Positions 10,161-20,033 of a DNA stretch of 64,000 nt are shown in pieces. The notes below the pieces were generated by a model. That model searched no databases. It had not been told where the DNA came from and saw only the letters and a list, made by a program, of their open reading frames with translations. A program made the position numbers and the translations under genes. Every line of letters begins with the position of its first letter. The first letter of the stretch is position 1. Origin of the DNA: Cyclobacteriaceae bacterium (GTDB lineage: Bacteria; Bacteroidota; Bacteroidia; Cytophagales; Cyclobacteriaceae); assembly GCA_965224285.1 (NCBI GenBank), contig OZ245043.1, forward strand, positions 4,323,909-4,387,908, in the 5' to 3' direction.

Positions 10161-11668
10161 AATCTTAACCCCAGGCTTAAGATCACATTTTGAGCAGTGG
10201 TCTCGGTTATGGCTACCGGAGCGCCGGGATAAGGGCTGGAAGTCTGGTCATATACAGATCTCACATAAGCTCCGTCGACAAAAAATCGATTAAATCGCAA
10301 TCCGGCACCCACACTAAATGATTGTCTGCTGCGGTCTACTCCATCAATTTCATTCAACGGATCACCGTGCTGAGCAAACCCAGCCCGGAATCTGGCGATA
10401 CTATATCTAAACTCCGCGCCAGCTTTGAAATTTAATACAGATTCGAAGTTATCGATCTGACTATTAACATCGTTAAAACCGAAATCGTCACTACTAATTT
10501 TGCCTCCGCCGTAATCCACCCACTCCACATCCGCGGTAATGAAGCCATATTCTTCGAAGAACAAGGCCAACCCCCCGTTAAGCCTCCCCGGTGTTCGCAT
10601 ATTAAATATTAAGGGCAAAAACGACACCTGATCATCCAGCGACCCGTTGTCAAATGCAGCATTTAAACTGATGGTGGATTGATCTTCCATTTCATAGAAG
10701 GTAGGAGTGGTGTAGCTAATACCTACATTTACCGTCTTCACTGGTTTAAAGATCAGCCCTACCGTCCCATTGATCCCGGTACCATCAAGCAAACGGCTAT
10801 CCAACAGGACAAACCCATCAAGGTCTGACTCGGTGGGTTCTTCACGGTATATCCGATTCTGTTCATAACGGATACTGGAAATGCCCAAAGATGCTCCCAG
10901 ATAGATTTTATCGGAAAAATTGGCGCCGTATGCGAAGGTGGTCTGATATTGGGCGCCAAGAGTATTGACGGACTCTTGTTGCAGAGTCGGGAAATCTTCG
11001 GTGGGGAATGCCACAACATTTGGGTCCACTATGTCATAAATATTACGATCATAGAAGAAGGAGGAATCACCTGATGCGTTTACATCAAAAAAACGGTCGA
11101 TCAGCGTGGTTTGAAATGCCAGAAATGATAATTCAGGGAGCAGCTCAGGATCATCATAGGCATCAATGCCTTGAGCATTAGCTTCATTAACCGCGAAATC
11201 GATAAAATCCTCTACCGTATTCATTCCCTGGTAAGTGAGGCGATTTTGGTAATTGGCGGTACGGGTAATACTAATACCAAAGCTTCCTCCTTTAAATCCG
11301 CTGGGGGTAGCAGCTTCACGGTTCCTGTTGATCACTACCCCGCCATTGGAAATGTTAAACTTGTCTTTGGAGTCCACATTCAGGCCGTCTAAATAACGAG
11401 AGCTGTTATCCATGAGCAGGAAGCTCGGAGAAAGCACCATCTCTGAGCTAGAATAAAATCCCAAACCTGCCGGGTTTCCGGAGATGGAGGATAAGTCTCC
11501 TCCCAGGGCGGTGATACTTCCTCCTAACCCTTGAATACGGGCAGTACCATAAACGTCCCTCTGGCTAAATATCCGGTTAAATTCCGAGAATTCCTGGGCC
11601 ACAGAATGCTGAAAAGGTAGGCATAAAACTCCCAGGCTAATTATTATTAGCTTAGCATTAAATTTCAT
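10157..11668 (-). CDS. Outer-membrane beta-barrel protein, FadL/PorV-like
   Basis: Signal peptide ends ...QHSVAQE. The FadL/PorV-type N-terminal motif is GTARIQGLGGSITALGGDLSSISGNPAGLGF. The protein ends LSLGLRF (C-terminal Phe). It lies 40 nt downstream of the lipoprotein gene. Confidence 0.6.
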   Translation of the reverse strand: MKFNAKLIIISLGVLCLPFQHSVAQEFSEFNRIFSQRDVYGTARIQGLGGSITALGGDLSSISGNPAGLGFYSSSEMVLSPSFLLMDNSSRYLDGLNVDSKDKFNISNGGVVINRNREAATPSGFKGGSFGISITRTANYQNRLTYQGMNTVEDFIDFAVNEANAQGIDAYDDPELLPELSFLAFQTTLIDRFFDVNASGDSSFFYDRNIYDIVDPNVVAFPTEDFPTLQQESVNTLGAQYQTTFAYGANFSDKIYLGASLGISSIRYEQNRIYREEPTESDLDGFVLLDSRLLDGTGINGTVGLIFKPVKTVNVGISYTTPTFYEMEDQSTISLNAAFDNGSLDDQVSFLPLIFNMRTPGRLNGGLALFFEEYGFITADVEWVDYGGGKISSDDFGFNDVNSQIDNFESVLNFKAGAEFRYSIARFRAGFAQHGDPLNEIDGVDRSRQSFSVGAGLRFNRFFVDGAYVRSVYDQTSSPYPGAPVAITETTAQNVILSLGLRF

Positions 11669-11708
11669 CTTTTTTACTTTAAACTAGTTAGAGTTCTTAA
11701 GTGATCTC

Positions 11709-13136
11709 CTAGTTGCGGCTGCGGGTTCTGGTGGTTGATCGACTTGGCGTACTGCGTGAAGGTGCAGTACTGCGACTAGGCGAGTAGTTCCGAGAAGGCG
11801 AACTGCTGCGCATTCTACTGGGTGAACTACTGCGACTAGGTGTAGTACTTCTCATCCGACTGGGGGGGCTGCTGCTTCTGGTACCACCAACCCTGCTTCC
11901 GGAACTTCGAGACGGACTTGCTTGATAGTTGCGGCTGGGCCGAGTGGATTGAGTACGGCTACGGGTCCTGGTCGGTTCCCGGTAATTGTCTCGATTGATA
12001 GTGCCTCTTCTGATATTGTCATTAGAACGAGTGCGGTCAATTCGATCACGGCTTTCAGTTGAAGATGGCCTGTTGCTGTTGTAATTGCCCCGTCGTTCAA
12101 TTATTTGACTGTCACGGCTACGAATACCGTCTGTAGTCCGGGTTCTGTCTAAAGTCCCGGTAGTACTTCTGGTCCTTTCAGTAGTGCTGGATCTGTCTAC
12201 GGAGCTTCTATCTCGCACTCTTATCCTCTCAGTTGAGGAGGGGGCGGTGGTAGTACTTCTTTGACGGATACCATCATTATTAATAATGTAGTTACTGCCT
12301 CTGGGAGCGCGTCGGGCATATCTCACATTACCACTGTTGGTCGCACTTTCGATATTATTTACTATTACCACATTGTTATACCGTCCATAATAAGAGGGAG
12401 GGCACCAAAAACTGTTAAAGCCGTAATAAGATCTGGCAAAACCTCCGTAAAAGAACGGATCATAGAATGGGTCATAAAATCGGTTGTAGAATGGGTCATT
12501 AAAGCCTCTGAAAAATGGATCATAATAATACCTGCCATAAGGACCGTATCCAAAACCAAAGTTAAAGCTCATAGAGAAACCTGAATATCTGCCCCAAGGC
12601 CGGTAAAATCGGCTATAAGGCCTGAAAGCCCGGTAACCACGGTATGCAAAGGGACTGTATACTCCGTAATAGCTGCGGTAAAGAGGGTCGAAGATAGTAC
12701 CTTGGTAGAAAAAGGGATCACTCCAATAGATATCATCGAAATCCCGGTAATAACTTATCCTGTCAGGTCTGCGAACAGTGTAGGCTGAAGATCTCAAATA
12801 GTCATCTACTGCATCTTTAATGTATTCCCGATCTACATCCTCTACGTAATATTGGTCATCTTGGTAGTTTCCAGCTATATCGGCATCCTGAGGCAAGCCG
12901 TAATCCGGATTAACGGTCTTGGAATTATACCCAACCCCTGCACCGGAGTCATCGATTTCGCTATTCGATTCCCGATAAACCACAGTAGTCCCGGGTTGAG
13001 AGCTTGCCAGCACCTCATTGCCGCCACTATGGTACATATCGTCACCGCCTCTATGGGCATACTGACTAGTGGTACAGGAGTAAAAACCGGCAGTTAATGC
13101 CAGTACGAATATTTTAATTGACAGCAGAGGTTTCAT
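11709..13136 (-). CDS. Low-complexity lipoprotein: acidic N-region, Tyr/Phe/Pro/Gly-rich centre, Arg/Ser/Thr-rich basic tail
   Basis: Lipoprotein-type signal MKPLLSIKIFVLALTAGFYSC (Cys21). Five DPF(F/Y) motifs occur in the centre. Nine PSR tripeptides occur in the last ~80 residues. Confidence 0.65.
   Translation of the reverse strand: MKPLLSIKIFVLALTAGFYSCTTSQYAHRGGDDMYHSGGNEVLASSQPGTTVVYRESNSEIDDSGAGVGYNSKTVNPDYGLPQDADIAGNYQDDQYYVEDVDREYIKDAVDDYLRSSAYTVRRPDRISYYRDFDDIYWSDPFFYQGTIFDPLYRSYYGVYSPFAYRGYRAFRPYSRFYRPWGRYSGFSMSFNFGFGYGPYGRYYYDPFFRGFNDPFYNRFYDPFYDPFFYGGFARSYYGFNSFWCPPSYYGRYNNVVIVNNIESATNSGNVRYARRAPRGSNYIINNDGIRQRSTTTAPSSTERIRVRDRSSVDRSSTTERTRSTTGTLDRTRTTDGIRSRDSQIIERRGNYNSNRPSSTESRDRIDRTRSNDNIRRGTINRDNYREPTRTRSRTQSTRPSRNYQASPSRSSGSRVGGTRSSSPPSRMRSTTPSRSSSPSRMRSSSPSRNYSPSRSTAPSRSTPSRSTTRTRSRN
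11769..11840 (-). repeat. Degenerate short coding repeats; exact 12-nt repeat ACTGCGACTAGG at 11769-11780 and 11829-11840
   Basis: Both copies were read directly from the sequence and encode PSRS on the minus strand. The surrounding ~200 nt is a degenerate array encoding (S/T)xPSR units. Confidence 0.7.
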
Positions 13137-13243
13137 ATTTTCTTTACCTTTTTTCTTTACCTTTTCTTACGACAAATTACGAATTAAGATCGAAATAAGC
13201 CCGAAAAATTTATATTTGTCGAGTCTTAGCTCTGCTATAAAAC

Positions 13244-13259
13244 AGCAAAATTAGTGCCA
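13244..13259 (-). promoter_or_regulatory. Sigma-54 (-24/-12) promoter candidate for the 13136-10157 operon
   Basis: The minus strand reads TGGCAC-TAATT-TTGCT, an exact match to TGGCAC-N5-TTGCW. It lies in the divergent intergenic region, about 108 nt upstream of the ATG at 13136. Confidence 0.6.
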
Positions 13260-13328
13260 TTAATAGCTAAAATGTCAATTTGATGGAAATTGTAGCTTTG
13301 GAGCTATCAAAATGAATAAACCGGATCT

Positions 13329-14798
13329 ATGAGCAAAGGATTACCTAAAAAAAGTGAAGATTACTCTTTATGGTATAATGAATTAATAAAAAAAGCTGAT
13401 CTGGCTGAAAATTCCCCTGTCAGGGGGTGCATGATCATAAAGCCCTATGGTTTTGCTATTTGGGAGAAAATGCAATTTGCCTTGGATTCCATGTTTAAAG
13501 AAACCGGCCATAGCAATGCATATTTCCCTCTATTTATACCTAAATCTTATCTTAGTAAAGAGGCAGACCACGTTGATGGTTTTGCCAAGGAATGCGCGGT
13601 GGTAACCCACTACCGGCTCAAGCAGGGCGAGGAGGGGGTAGTAGTAGACCCTGAAGCTAGATTGGAAGAGGAACTGATAATCAGGCCCACCTCTGAGACG
13701 GTTATCTGGAATACTTACCGCAACTGGATCCAATCCTACCGAGATCTACCTCTATTGCTTAATCAATGGGCCAATGTAGTGCGCTGGGAGATGCGAACCA
13801 GGTTGTTTTTGAGGACTTCGGAATTTCTCTGGCAGGAAGGCCACACCGCACATGCCACAGAGCAGGAGGCAGTGGAGGAGACCATGCGTATGCTCCAGGT
13901 TTATACTGATTTTGTGGAAGGATTTATGGCGGTACCGGTAATTCAGGGGAGAAAAACTGAATCAGAGAGGTTTGCCGGCGCAGTAGATACCTATTGCATC
14001 GAAGCCCTGATGCAGGACGGCAAAGCATTACAGGCCGGGACCTCCCATTTTCTGGGACAGAACTTTGCCAAAGCATTTGAGGTCAAGTTTGCGGATCAGG
14101 AAGGGGGGTTGGAATACGTATGGGGTACTTCCTGGGGCGTAAGCACACGGTTGATGGGTGCGCTGGTTATGGCGCATTCGGATGATCGAGGGTTGGTGTT
14201 GCCGCCCAAGCTGGCTCCGATTGAAGTAGTTATAATACCTATTTACCGCAACCAGGAGGAATTGGAAACCCTAACAGTGGCCGCTAAAGGGTTGATGGCG
14301 GCGTTGAAGGAAGTCGATGTAAGCGTAAAACTGGATGACCGAGTTACTCATAAGCCCGGTTGGAAATTTGCAGAATATGAACTCAAGGGAGTGCCATTGA
14401 GAATGGCTTTAGGTCCCAGGGATCTGCAGGATGGAACCGTGGAGGTGGTGCGCAGAGATACCCTTGAAAAACAGAGCTACCCTATTGACGATATCGCTAA
14501 CACCGCCAAACAATTGATTACCGATATACAGAAGAATCTCTACCAAAGGGCGCTCAAATTTCGGGAACAACACACCAGTGTGGCCCAGACGTTCGACCAG
14601 TTTAAAGAAATTCTGGAACAAAAGGGCGGTTTTATCAAGGCCCATTGGGACGGAACTGCCGAAACCGAGGCCAAGATCAAAGAAGAGACCAAGGCCACTA
14701 TTCGTTGTATTCCTCTGGAGGATATGGAAGAATCAGGTACCTGTATCTACTCCGGGCAACCATCTGCCCGCCAGGTGATATTTGCCAAAGCCTATTGA
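13329..14798 (+). CDS. proS: Proline--tRNA ligase (archaeal/eukaryote-like type)
   Basis: 489 aa class II aaRS. Recognised from the N-terminus [17 protein letters not shown] and the segments RPTSET and [10 protein letters not shown]. Confidence 0.93.
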   Translation: MSKGLPKKSEDYSLWYNELIKKADLAENSPVRGCMIIKPYGFAIWEKMQFALDSMFKETGHSNAYFPLFIPKSYLSKEADHVDGFAKECAVVTHYRLKQGEEGVVVDPEARLEEELIIRPTSETVIWNTYRNWIQSYRDLPLLLNQWANVVRWEMRTRLFLRTSEFLWQEGHTAHATEQEAVEETMRMLQVYTDFVEGFMAVPVIQGRKTESERFAGAVDTYCIEALMQDGKALQAGTSHFLGQNFAKAFEVKFADQEGGLEYVWGTSWGVSTRLMGALVMAHSDDRGLVLPPKLAPIEVVIIPIYRNQEELETLTVAAKGLMAALKEVDVSVKLDDRVTHKPGWKFAEYELKGVPLRMALGPRDLQDGTVEVVRRDTLEKQSYPIDDIANTAKQLITDIQKNLYQRALKFREQHTSVAQTFDQFKEILEQKGGFIKAHWDGTAETEAKIKEETKATIRCIPLEDMEESGTCIYSGQPSARQVIFAKAY

Positions 14799-14849
14799 TT
14801 GTTTGAGACTGCCCTTTTTTGTAGATTTAGCCTCTTAGATTTTGGCCTA

Positions 14850-15317
14850 ATGGGAGACTGGCTATCAGTTGTGTTGCTAGTGGGTTGTGGAATCATTCTA
14901 ATCATATTAGAGTTGATTTTTGTACCTGGGACTACCATATTGGGTGTATTGGGCTTTCTGATGTTGCTGGGGGGAGTAGTGGTCAGTTTTGCCAGCTTTG
15001 GAGCAACCACGGGATGGATTGTATTGGTAGGGACTGCCATTGTAGGACTGATTTCAGTGATTTATAGTTTGAAATCGGGGGTATGGCAAAGGTTTTCGTT
15101 GAAATCCCAAATTGATAGCCGGGTGAATGAGCATGAAAAGGATCACTTGCAGATAGGGATGAGGGGCAAAGCGGTCTCTGATCTCAGACCGGTAGGTACT
15201 GCAGAGTTTGAGGATAAATTGTATGAAGTTCAAACCAATGGAAACTACCTGGATTCCGGCAAGGCCATAGAGATTATTAAATTGTCGGATAATAAAATTA
15301 TTGTACAACCAATCTAA
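14850..15317 (+). CDS. NfeD-family membrane protein
   Basis: Two or three N-terminal TM helices ([17 protein letters not shown]) plus a C-terminal OB-like domain, directly upstream of floA. Start moved to ATG 14850; the track start at 14799 is TTG. Confidence 0.75.
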   Translation: MGDWLSVVLLVGCGIILIILELIFVPGTTILGVLGFLMLLGGVVVSFASFGATTGWIVLVGTAIVGLISVIYSLKSGVWQRFSLKSQIDSRVNEHEKDHLQIGMRGKAVSDLRPVGTAEFEDKLYEVQTNGNYLDSGKAIEIIKLSDNKIIVQPI

Positions 15318-15328
15318 ATAGAATCAAT

Positions 15329-16324
15329 ATGAGCATGATGTATCTGGTGGGACTTCTGGGAATAATTATTCTACTATTTGTATTCATGTATTTTATTCCT
15401 GTAAACCTTTGGATTACGGCAATTTTTTCCAACGTAAGAGTAGGTCTGCTTGAACTGGTAGCCATGCGAATACGAAAGGTTCCTCCGGGGGTGATCGTAA
15501 GGGAAATGATTACTGCTACCAAGGCAGGTTTGGATGTTACTACTTCTGACCTGGAAACTCACTACCTGGCCGGAGGTCATGTACCCAGTGTGATCAAAGC
15601 ACTCATTTCTGCTGATAAAGCCAATATTAACTTAACTTTCAAACAGGCCACAGCCATTGACCTGGCCGGAAGGGATGTGTTTGAAGCGGTACAGATCTCA
15701 GTTAATCCTAAGGTGATCAATACACCCTCGGTTTCCGCTGTAGCCGGTGATGGGATTCAATTACTGGCAAAAGCCAGAGTAACGGTACGGGCCAATATAA
15801 GCCGCTTGGTTGGAGGAGCGGGTGAGGAAACTATCCTGGCCCGGGTGGGTGAAGGGATTGTCACCTCCATAGGCTCGGCTTCGAAATATACCGATGTCCT
15901 GGAAAATCCCGACGATATATCTAAACTGGTCCTTGAGAGAGGACTTGATGCAGGGACAGCCTTTGAAATCTTATCCATTGACATTGCAGATGTAGATGTG
16001 CCCAAGGTCGATGCTAATATAGGAGCGAAAGTACAGATAGACCAGGCCAATGCTGACCTTAAGGTAGCAGAGGCCAAGGCTGAAGAACGCAGGGCCATGG
16101 CGGTAGCCCAGGAGCAAGAGATGAAAGCCCTAACCCAGGAAATGCGGGCCAGGGTAATTGAAGCTGAAGCTGAAGTTCCCAGAGCTATGGCAGAGGCATT
16201 CAGGAGCGGAAATCTGGGAATAATGGATTACTACCGCATGAAAAATATTGAGGCGGATACCAGTATGCGGGACTCCATCTCTAAATCGGATGATGATCCT
16301 TCTGATAAGGACGATAACGATTAA
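15329..16324 (+). CDS. floA: Flotillin-like protein FloA (UPF0365/YqfA)
   Basis: N-terminal hairpin [32 protein letters not shown], an SPFH core and an Ala/Glu-rich coiled coil ([18 protein letters not shown]). Confidence 0.88.
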   Translation: MSMMYLVGLLGIIILLFVFMYFIPVNLWITAIFSNVRVGLLELVAMRIRKVPPGVIVREMITATKAGLDVTTSDLETHYLAGGHVPSVIKALISADKANINLTFKQATAIDLAGRDVFEAVQISVNPKVINTPSVSAVAGDGIQLLAKARVTVRANISRLVGGAGEETILARVGEGIVTSIGSASKYTDVLENPDDISKLVLERGLDAGTAFEILSIDIADVDVPKVDANIGAKVQIDQANADLKVAEAKAEERRAMAVAQEQEMKALTQEMRARVIEAEAEVPRAMAEAFRSGNLGIMDYYRMKNIEADTSMRDSISKSDDDPSDKDDND

Positions 16325-18540
16325 AGCTTGATGGGTTCCCAACTGTGATCTTTCCTTACCAGGTAAAGATCATTTATGGGGTCAAAAGTGATTTGATTGT
16401 AGATCATGGGGATCATGCTAACCCCCTCCTCAGAAACCAGACTGTATTTATTGTTGCGGGTCACGATGATAAAGCCATTTCCCAAATCTTTAAAATCATC
16501 GTATTTAGCGTGAAGCAGGGTCCGGCCATCATACTCGATCAAACCCTTCCGGCCTCCTTTGATACTCATAAAACGATTTTCAGGCATTCTGACAAGACTG
16601 TCATATTCCAGAGGCACCACAATCTTGCCCCGCAGATTCACTACCCCATACTTGTTACCTTTTGTCACAATAGCAGTGCTCTTCTCGAAGGGGCCTGCCC
16701 AGTCATATAAAGGCTGAATTTTAAGCCTTTCCAGCCGATCGATATAACCCCATTTACCCCTGATCTTTATCGGTGACATGGTTTCACTGAAGACTCCGAT
16801 ATTCTGGTAACGGTTGGCTATGCGCAGTTTGCTGTTTTCGTCGATAAACCCATACTGGTTGTTTATTCGAACTCCAATAAATCCCTCATTTATAGTTCGG
16901 ATCTCCTGAAATGAGGGATCCTTTATAAAGACCTTTTTACTTACCCCAAACAACCCTGGACCAATACTATCTTCATAATAAAAGTAATCATGGTTATCGG
17001 CCTGCATCTTTAGTACCGGGTATCGGTTGCTTAGAAGTTGAGAGCCATCTAAGGCGATAAGTCCCTTGCCCCGTACCTTGTCGGTTTCTATCAGGGCTGT
17101 ATGGAAAGCCATTAATTGATTTGAGGTACGGTAAAGTTCGCGGTTCTCTGTGTTGACCAACCCACTTTCCCTATTCTCCTTGAAAAGAAATAAGCTTTGA
17201 TTGATCTGGTATAGTGAATCATATCTGGGTTTGATTAACCAGTTTCCCTGCCGATTGATAATACCCCAACTACCCCCATATCTGGCCTGGGCCAGTTCCT
17301 GGTTAAAGAGACGAACCTGCTCATATTGAGGGGGTATGACTTCTGTACCTCTGCCGTTGATAAATCCCCAACTGCCGTGTCGCTTGATGGGATACAAACC
17401 CAAGCGACCGGGACTCACCTGCTGATATTCTCGCTGAGTAACCCTGACCAGGTTGCGATCCAACATCACCCAGCGTTCCCTGCTCAGCGCCACACCGATA
17501 AACCCTTCACTGATCCATACCGTGTCGTGTTCAATGGGTAGAACCAGGTTACCTGATTTGTCAATAACCCCATATTGATTGCCCCGTCGGATTGAAGCTA
17601 CTCCATCGGCAAAGCCAAGGATTTCACAGCCAGGGTATGGTTTGGTCTTAGTGCCTAACAAGTTAGTTAAATAATTAGCCTGAGGGCTGCAGCCTAAGTA
17701 TAGGTCTTTGCCCAATGGTTGTAAACGGGGGAATTTGTGTGACGCAACGAATTTATTTTCTGAGGTCCTCAGCTCAAAACTGCTTAAAGGTTTTCCCACT
17801 AGTTTATTCCCCTGAAGTTTTATCTCCTGATAGGAAGGTGGTACAATGATTGAACCTGAATGATTGGCTATTCCAACTTTACCGGCGAGACTTATAGCGG
17901 CATATTGACCATTTAGTGGTTCTATTTTCTCATACTTATAGGGAATTACATTTTGAAAGTCCATATCCAATAGGCCGTACCATACCCGGCCTTCATCCAA
18001 AACAGCAGCAATAAGATGTTGGTTAAAAGATTCCAGGTATTGGTAGGTTGGGTTTAATATGGAGTTACCTTTCAAATTGATCACCCCGAATTTTTCACCC
18101 CTGCTGGTATGATCGTATTTGGCAATAATTACCCACTCCCCATTTAGCGGTTTCAGTTGGGTGTAATGAGGTGAAATGATCTTTTGGTTTTTCAAGTTGA
18201 TCAATCCCCAGAGACCATTTTCCTTATAGCCTATCACGCCATCCAAAGGGATGATACCCCCATTGGACCATCCCAAATCATCATACTCGGCCGGGATCAA
18301 TACCCTATTGCGGCTATCTCGAAGACCTTTCTTGTCGTTTTTGCGGAAAACCGTGTAATCTCCTTTTTGATGGGGGCTGGCCATTAGACCCGATGGCTGG
18401 GCAACCACCAATGCCATTAATACTGACAGCAGCCTCAAACAATAAAATACTGATAATCGGTCCACATCAATCAAAATTAGGTTTTTCAATCTTCGCAAGT
18501 AATAGATATATTGGCATAACGCCAAACCACAATGGTGCAA
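16321..18540 (-). CDS. WG-repeat (KWG) containing secreted protein
   Basis: About 16 repeats by eye of the type ...WG(L/F/I)IN..G..(I/V)P.Y. A signal-like segment is [20 protein letters not shown]. The true start is probably an internal TTG/GTG near 18460-18475. Confidence 0.75.
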   Translation of the reverse strand: MHHCGLALCQYIYYLRRLKNLILIDVDRLSVFYCLRLLSVLMALVVAQPSGLMASPHQKGDYTVFRKNDKKGLRDSRNRVLIPAEYDDLGWSNGGIIPLDGVIGYKENGLWGLINLKNQKIISPHYTQLKPLNGEWVIIAKYDHTSRGEKFGVINLKGNSILNPTYQYLESFNQHLIAAVLDEGRVWYGLLDMDFQNVIPYKYEKIEPLNGQYAAISLAGKVGIANHSGSIIVPPSYQEIKLQGNKLVGKPLSSFELRTSENKFVASHKFPRLQPLGKDLYLGCSPQANYLTNLLGTKTKPYPGCEILGFADGVASIRRGNQYGVIDKSGNLVLPIEHDTVWISEGFIGVALSRERWVMLDRNLVRVTQREYQQVSPGRLGLYPIKRHGSWGFINGRGTEVIPPQYEQVRLFNQELAQARYGGSWGIINRQGNWLIKPRYDSLYQINQSLFLFKENRESGLVNTENRELYRTSNQLMAFHTALIETDKVRGKGLIALDGSQLLSNRYPVLKMQADNHDYFYYEDSIGPGLFGVSKKVFIKDPSFQEIRTINEGFIGVRINNQYGFIDENSKLRIANRYQNIGVFSETMSPIKIRGKWGYIDRLERLKIQPLYDWAGPFEKSTAIVTKGNKYGVVNLRGKIVVPLEYDSLVRMPENRFMSIKGGRKGLIEYDGRTLLHAKYDDFKDLGNGFIIVTRNNKYSLVSEEGVSMIPMIYNQITFDPINDLYLVRKDHSWEPIKL

Positions 18541-18575
18541 TTTACTTTAAAAACCTACCAGAATTAGATACTGGC

Positions 18576-19862
18576 TTATTTGTTATTATGAGAGGAAGGG
18601 TGTTTTTCCAGGTCAAAAAGGTCGTTAAGCAAGTCGATCAAAGTTTCAGCTTCACCTCTTTTACAGGCAGCTTTTAACTGCAAGACGGGTAACTTTATCA
18701 CTTTTTGCATCATGCTTTTGGTGACTTTCTCTACTATAGAGGCCTGATCATCTGAAGCATTTTTAAGATACCTGGCCATTTCTTCACGGCGGATCTGCTC
18801 CAGCGCATTTTTAAGCTTGTTGATAGTGGGGTTAACACTCATTTCTTTACTCCAATCCATGAACCCATCAATACTCTCATCCAATATCGCTTCCACTTGA
18901 GGTATTGAGGCTAAGCGGAGTTGCAGGGTTTGATCGGTCCTGGTTTGGATATCGTCAACATCGTAATAAACAATTCCGCTAATATCTTCTACTGTACGGT
19001 CAATGGAACTGGGCATTGAGAGATCGATCACATATTTGTACTGCAGTTGATCCATTTCGTCGAATTGACTGCGACCCAGGATCAGATTAGGACTTGACAC
19101 TGCGGACACCACCACATTTACTTCTTTTACTTTTGTGGGAAGGTCGTCCCATTTAACGACATCAAAGTGGCACTCGGCTGCTAAATTCATAGCCTTTTCC
19201 TGAGTACGGTTGGTCACCGCTATGCGATGATGTCCAAAGCCTTTATGACTACTTATGTTTTTACAAAGATCGCTTCCCACCGAACCGGTACCTATTATCA
19301 GGATACTGGGATTCTCTATGGATATGGTTAGTTGTTCAATCAATTCCAAGGTAGCATAGCTAATGGAGGCCGCTCCATCCCTGAAAGAAGACTCCTGCAC
19401 CACTCTCTTGTTGGCGTAAAAAGTAGTATGCAACAGCCGATGCAAGAACGGTCCGGCCAGGTCAGCATCCGCAGTCATTTGGTAGGCTTTTTTAACCTGA
19501 TTGGTAATCTGCATTTCACCTATAATCTGTGATTCCAACCCCACTGCCACCCTGAACAAATGCATCACCGCCATTCTATGGTCCAAGATATTCAGAAAAT
19601 TATTTTTAAGCTCTGAATGATAGGGAAGGCCTTTAACCAGCCCAATGGATTTTATCAATTCATTACTTAAATCCTTACCGGCCGTATAGTAGATCTCAGT
19701 GCGATTACAAGTAGAGAGTACCAGGACTTCCTTCACTGCATGACACTCTCTTATATGACGCAGCAGCTCAACAGTCTGAGAATCAGTTAGTGCCAATTGC
19801 TCCCTTAATTCTACGGGAGCATTTTTATGAGAAAGAGATATGGCTTTAAAGCGATTATGCAT
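18576..19862 (-). CDS. hemA: Glutamyl-tRNA reductase
   Basis: STCNRTEIYY active-site motif and the NADPH-binding segment IIGTGSVG. Confidence 0.9.
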   Translation of the reverse strand: MHNRFKAISLSHKNAPVELREQLALTDSQTVELLRHIRECHAVKEVLVLSTCNRTEIYYTAGKDLSNELIKSIGLVKGLPYHSELKNNFLNILDHRMAVMHLFRVAVGLESQIIGEMQITNQVKKAYQMTADADLAGPFLHRLLHTTFYANKRVVQESSFRDGAASISYATLELIEQLTISIENPSILIIGTGSVGSDLCKNISSHKGFGHHRIAVTNRTQEKAMNLAAECHFDVVKWDDLPTKVKEVNVVVSAVSSPNLILGRSQFDEMDQLQYKYVIDLSMPSSIDRTVEDISGIVYYDVDDIQTRTDQTLQLRLASIPQVEAILDESIDGFMDWSKEMSVNPTINKLKNALEQIRREEMARYLKNASDDQASIVEKVTKSMMQKVIKLPVLQLKAACKRGEAETLIDLLNDLFDLEKHPSSHNNK

Positions 19863-20033
19863 CGGGAATCCCCAAATATTCTACAAAGAAAGCAACACCA
19901 ACTGGAAATATAAACTTTTTTGAGAGGATTTGACCTAATTTAGAAACGTTATAGGTCGGAAAAAGATCCCAAATCTCATAAAAAGGCATATTAAATCCAT
20001 GGTGATACTCCAAAATCTTAATATGGAAGCACT

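Noticed and set aside
11852-13097. Alternative-frame ORFs inside the low-complexity lipoprotein gene: 11852-12100 (-), 12261-12584 (+), 12365-12559 (-), 12852-13097 (+) and 12875-13060 (-).
   Set aside because: These are artefacts of repetitive, stop-poor sequence. Only the 475-aa frame has a signal peptide and spans the whole interval.
19168-19182. TGGCAC-TCGGC-TGCT, a sigma-54-like string. Other TGGCAC occurrences are at about 9574, 21911, 54713, 56121, 57262 and 58367, with minus-strand copies (GTGCCA on the + strand) near 14395 and 33645.
   Set aside because: All are inside coding regions. Each lacks a TTGC box at the correct GG-N10-GC spacing (this one is 1 nt short) or is on the wrong strand for any downstream gene.
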